From positions 2,458 through 66,457 of the forward strand of contig DATFGT010000015.1 of the NCBI GenBank assembly GCA_035249175.1: a stretch of DNA of 64,000 nt. Reading direction: 5' to 3'. Position 1 is the stretch's first letter. Each line of letters starts with the position of its first letter. Position numbers and translations under genes: made by a program. This DNA comes from Rhodanobacteraceae bacterium. Lineage in GTDB: Bacteria; Pseudomonadota; Gammaproteobacteria; Xanthomonadales; Rhodanobacteraceae. The notes under the pieces were generated by a model that made no database searches, was not told where the DNA came from, and saw only the letters and a program-made list of their open reading frames with translations. Below, in pieces: positions 58,520-64,000 of the stretch.

Positions 58520-59096
58520 TTGAGGACGTTGCGGCAGCCGCCGCCAGCAGGGGGCGCATGTTCTACCAGCGTGCGCGTTAAAAGCTCATGCCGCGCGGCG
58601 CAATGCATCGTCGACAACGACGACGCGCTGGATTCGCAGGAACGCCGTATCAGCCAGGATGTCTTGCGGCTGCTGGCGCTGCGTCAGCCGATGGCGCGGG
58701 ACCTGCGCGAAGTCCTCGCGGCGTTGCGGATCGCGTCGGACATCGAGCGCATCGGCGACTATGCGGCGAATGTCGCGAAACGCTCGATGACCTTGAACCT
58801 TTCGGCACCGGTGCCACTGGTCGCAGGCCTGTCCGCACTGGCAGAAGTGGCCGACGAAATGGTGCGCGACGTGCTGGACGCCTACCGCCGCCGCCGCACG
58901 CGTGGTATGGGAGCGCGACAACCAACTCGACACCCTGTACACGGGCCTGTTTCGCGAACTGCTCACCCACATGATGGAAGACCCGCGCAGCATCACCGCC
59001 TGCTCGCACCTGTTGTTCATCGCCAAGAACATCGAGCGCATCGGCGATCACGCCACCAATATCGCCGAGAACGTGTGGTTCGTGGTGGAAGGGTGA
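58520..59096 (+). pseudogene. phoU: phoU remnant: N-terminally truncated and frameshifted
   Basis: One frame gives ...DNDDALDSQERRISQDVLRLLALRQPMARDLREVLAALRIASDIERIGDYAANVAKRS...VRDVLDAY. After a frame change inside ccgccgccgccgc (58885-58897), the next frame gives VWERDNQLDTLYTGLFRELLTHMMEDPRSITACSHLLFIAKNIERIGDHATNIAENVWFVVEG. Both PhoU repeats are recognisable, but the first ~40-50 residues of a normal PhoU are absent. Confidence 0.65.
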
Positions 59097-59308
59097 CTCA
59101 GACTGACGATGTGGCGCGCAGGAGCACGCCCGAACGCTGCAGGCGGCCCGAAGAATGAGCGCCATGGATGGCGCGAATGGCGGCCGCCCAAGGATGTGCG
59201 CGCCAGCGATCGCCACAGGGTTGCATGCTCGCGCAGCTGAAGCCTGACCGGTGCTTGGCGCGCGCGCCCGGTTGCGGTAGAACGGTGCTTTCCAATCACG
59301 GAGTCATC

Positions 59309-59812
59309 GTGAAAACCGTTCCCGATGATGCTGTGTTGCGCAAGCAGGCCGAACAAGTCGCCGAAACCTTGCACGCGAGTGGCGAAATGCTGGCGACCGC
59401 CGAATCCTGCACCGGCGGTTGGATCGCGAAAGCGTGCACGGATCTGGCGGGCAGTTCGGAATGGTTCGAATCCGCGGTGGTGACCTACAGCAACCGCGCC
59501 AAGCAGGCACTGCTGGGCGTCACCCCGGCGACGCTGGAAAAACACGGGGCAGTCAGCCGCGAATGCGCGTTGGAAATGGTGGCGGGCGTGCTGGCGCGCT
59601 TCGACGCGAACGTGGCGGTGGCTGTCACCGGCATCGCGGGCCCCGGCGGCGGCACGCCGGAGAAGCCCGTCGGCACGGTCTGGATCGCATGGCAGCGGCG
59701 TGGCCACGAGGCGCGGGTGGAATGTTTCGGATTCGATGGCAACCGCGATGCCGTGCGCCGACAGACCGTTGTCGTCGCCCTGGAAGGCATTCGGATGATT
59801 CTGCGCGCGTAG
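59309..59812 (+). CDS. pncC: CinA C-terminal-domain protein (nicotinamide-nucleotide amidohydrolase PncC type)
   Basis: 167 aa from GTG 59309 (RBS ACGGAG), with LATAESCTGGWIAKACTDLAGSS.WF..AVVTYSN.AK and VAVTGIAGPGGG. It lies upstream of recA. Confidence 0.85.
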   Translation: MKTVPDDAVLRKQAEQVAETLHASGEMLATAESCTGGWIAKACTDLAGSSEWFESAVVTYSNRAKQALLGVTPATLEKHGAVSRECALEMVAGVLARFDANVAVAVTGIAGPGGGTPEKPVGTVWIAWQRRGHEARVECFGFDGNRDAVRRQTVVVALEGIRMILRA

Positions 59813-60002
59813 CTGCAGGATCTGCGGTGCGGGATGCATCGCGCCATAGGAAAGTGCTTACGGAATGATGCGGCTTGCGCCGCTGTTCGCAAGCCGGCGG
59901 TGTGAAATAATGGCGACGTCTTCCGGTTCCCTCAGGTCTCAACCCGTGAGAACCGACCCCGCGATACTTCGCTTCACGCACAATCCGTCTGAGGAATACG
60001 CA

Positions 60003-61043
<1,041 letters not shown>

Positions 61044-61137
61044 ATGGCCAGGTAGCCCGGATGGAGCAAAGCGAAATCCGGGACGCCGGCAACAAGAGGT
61101 CGGTTCCGGGGTCCATGGCTGCGCACGCGACACTGCG

Positions 61138-61626
61138 ATGAAGCGCAAGCGAGACACGCGTGGCGACAGGCCGGAGCGGAGTGCTTACGACCGTGCGCTC
61201 GGCATGCTCGCCCGTCGTGAATACTCGCAGCGCGAGCTGCGCGCGCGGCTCGAACGCGCCGGTTGTGACGAGGACGAATCGGAGTCGGCGCTACGCACGC
61301 TGCAAAAGCAGCAATACCAGGACGACGATCGCTTCGGTGAAATGATCGTGCGGGCGCGGGTGGGGCAGGGCTACGGACCCACCCGCATCCGAGCCGAGTT
61401 GCGTTCGCATGGACTGACCGACGCCGCGATTCGCGCGCTGCTCGATGGCGCGGACGCCGATTGGGAAACTTCGGCGATGGCGCAACTGCGCAAGAAGTAC
61501 GGCAACAAGCCCGCCGCCGATCACGCCGAACGCGGCAAGCGCGCAGCCTTCCTCTTGCGTCGCGGTTTCAGCGCCGCCACAGTTAGAATCGTCACCCATT
61601 CCGAGGTTGGCGATCCCGGCGATTGA
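61138..61626 (+). CDS. recX: RecA regulator RecX
   Basis: 162 aa, AYDRALGMLARREYSQRELRARLERAG...QQYQDDDRFGEMIVRARVGQGYGPTRIRAELRSHGL. It lies downstream of recA. Confidence 0.9.
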   Translation: MKRKRDTRGDRPERSAYDRALGMLARREYSQRELRARLERAGCDEDESESALRTLQKQQYQDDDRFGEMIVRARVGQGYGPTRIRAELRSHGLTDAAIRALLDGADADWETSAMAQLRKKYGNKPAADHAERGKRAAFLLRRGFSAATVRIVTHSEVGDPGD

Positions 61627-61704
61627 CGTTCCGCCATGGTTTTGGCGGGCGGGCCGGCTGCGCCGCCTTGACTCGCCATCACCTGAGCTTCCCGACGCAA
61701 CCGC

Positions 61705-64000
<2,296 letters not shown>

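Noticed and set aside
58498-58580. Short frame MTERRQQVEDVAAAAASRG... as a surviving phoU N-terminus
   Set aside because: The resemblance to the first PhoU helix is weak, and the ATG lies inside the porin Pho box. It is treated as non-coding, and the pseudogene is annotated from 58520 only.
59813-60002. SOS (LexA) box upstream of recA, and upstream of cinA/pncC at 59097-59308
   Set aside because: I found neither the enteric CTGT-N8-ACAG pattern nor the TTAG-N6-TACTA pattern I remember for Xanthomonads. Only a 9-bp hairpin (59871-59896) is present. My recall of the clade motif is imperfect, so this is not evidence of absence.

Overview
This is a GC-rich gammaproteobacterial chromosome segment. 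Gene content and order (FimX, lon-hupB-tRNA-Val-ppiD, cinA-recA-recX-alaS, giant NAD-glutamate dehydrogenase) suggest Xanthomonadales/Lysobacterales; that assignment is inference only. I can support about 55 protein genes, one tRNA, two pseudogenes, one IS remnant and several REP/MITE-like repeats. There is no rRNA, no CRISPR, no intact mobile element and no recognisable defence or toxin-antitoxin module. Most of the window is core housekeeping: ffh-rpsP-rimM-trmD-rplS, RND efflux pair, gdhB, nadK, epmB/efp, a mtaD-yciI-ubiG-gph-X-folE2 operon, pyrC, yidD, dksA, lon, hupB, ppiD, phbB, gluQ, OPT transporter, htpG-hslR, DDAH plus APC permease, mutS, phoBR, sulfate ABC transporter sbp-cysTWA, an OprP-like porin, recA-recX-alaS. 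I do not see a clear-cut new multi-gene system. The best candidates for a second look are: (1) a DksA with a ~150-residue Lys/Ala-rich histone-H1-like N-terminal extension and only one of the four zinc-finger cysteines; it lies beside folE2 and a long pyrC, recalling the Zur-regulated zinc-sparing cluster of Pseudomonas. (2) A squalene/phytoene-synthase-fold protein without Asp-rich motifs, translationally coupled between gph and folE2. (3) A small stress-protein island (DUF883, DUF1328, three CsbD/YjbJ paralogs, a Pro/Arg-rich mini-ORF) divergent from a 3xPAS-LuxR regulator. (4) An unusual Pho-regulon state: PhoR without a membrane anchor, a porin with phased Pho boxes, and a truncated, frameshifted phoU. 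Many very long ORFs in the six-frame track are antisense shadows of real genes and were rejected. All family assignments come from reading the translations and from remembered consensus motifs; no database search was run.
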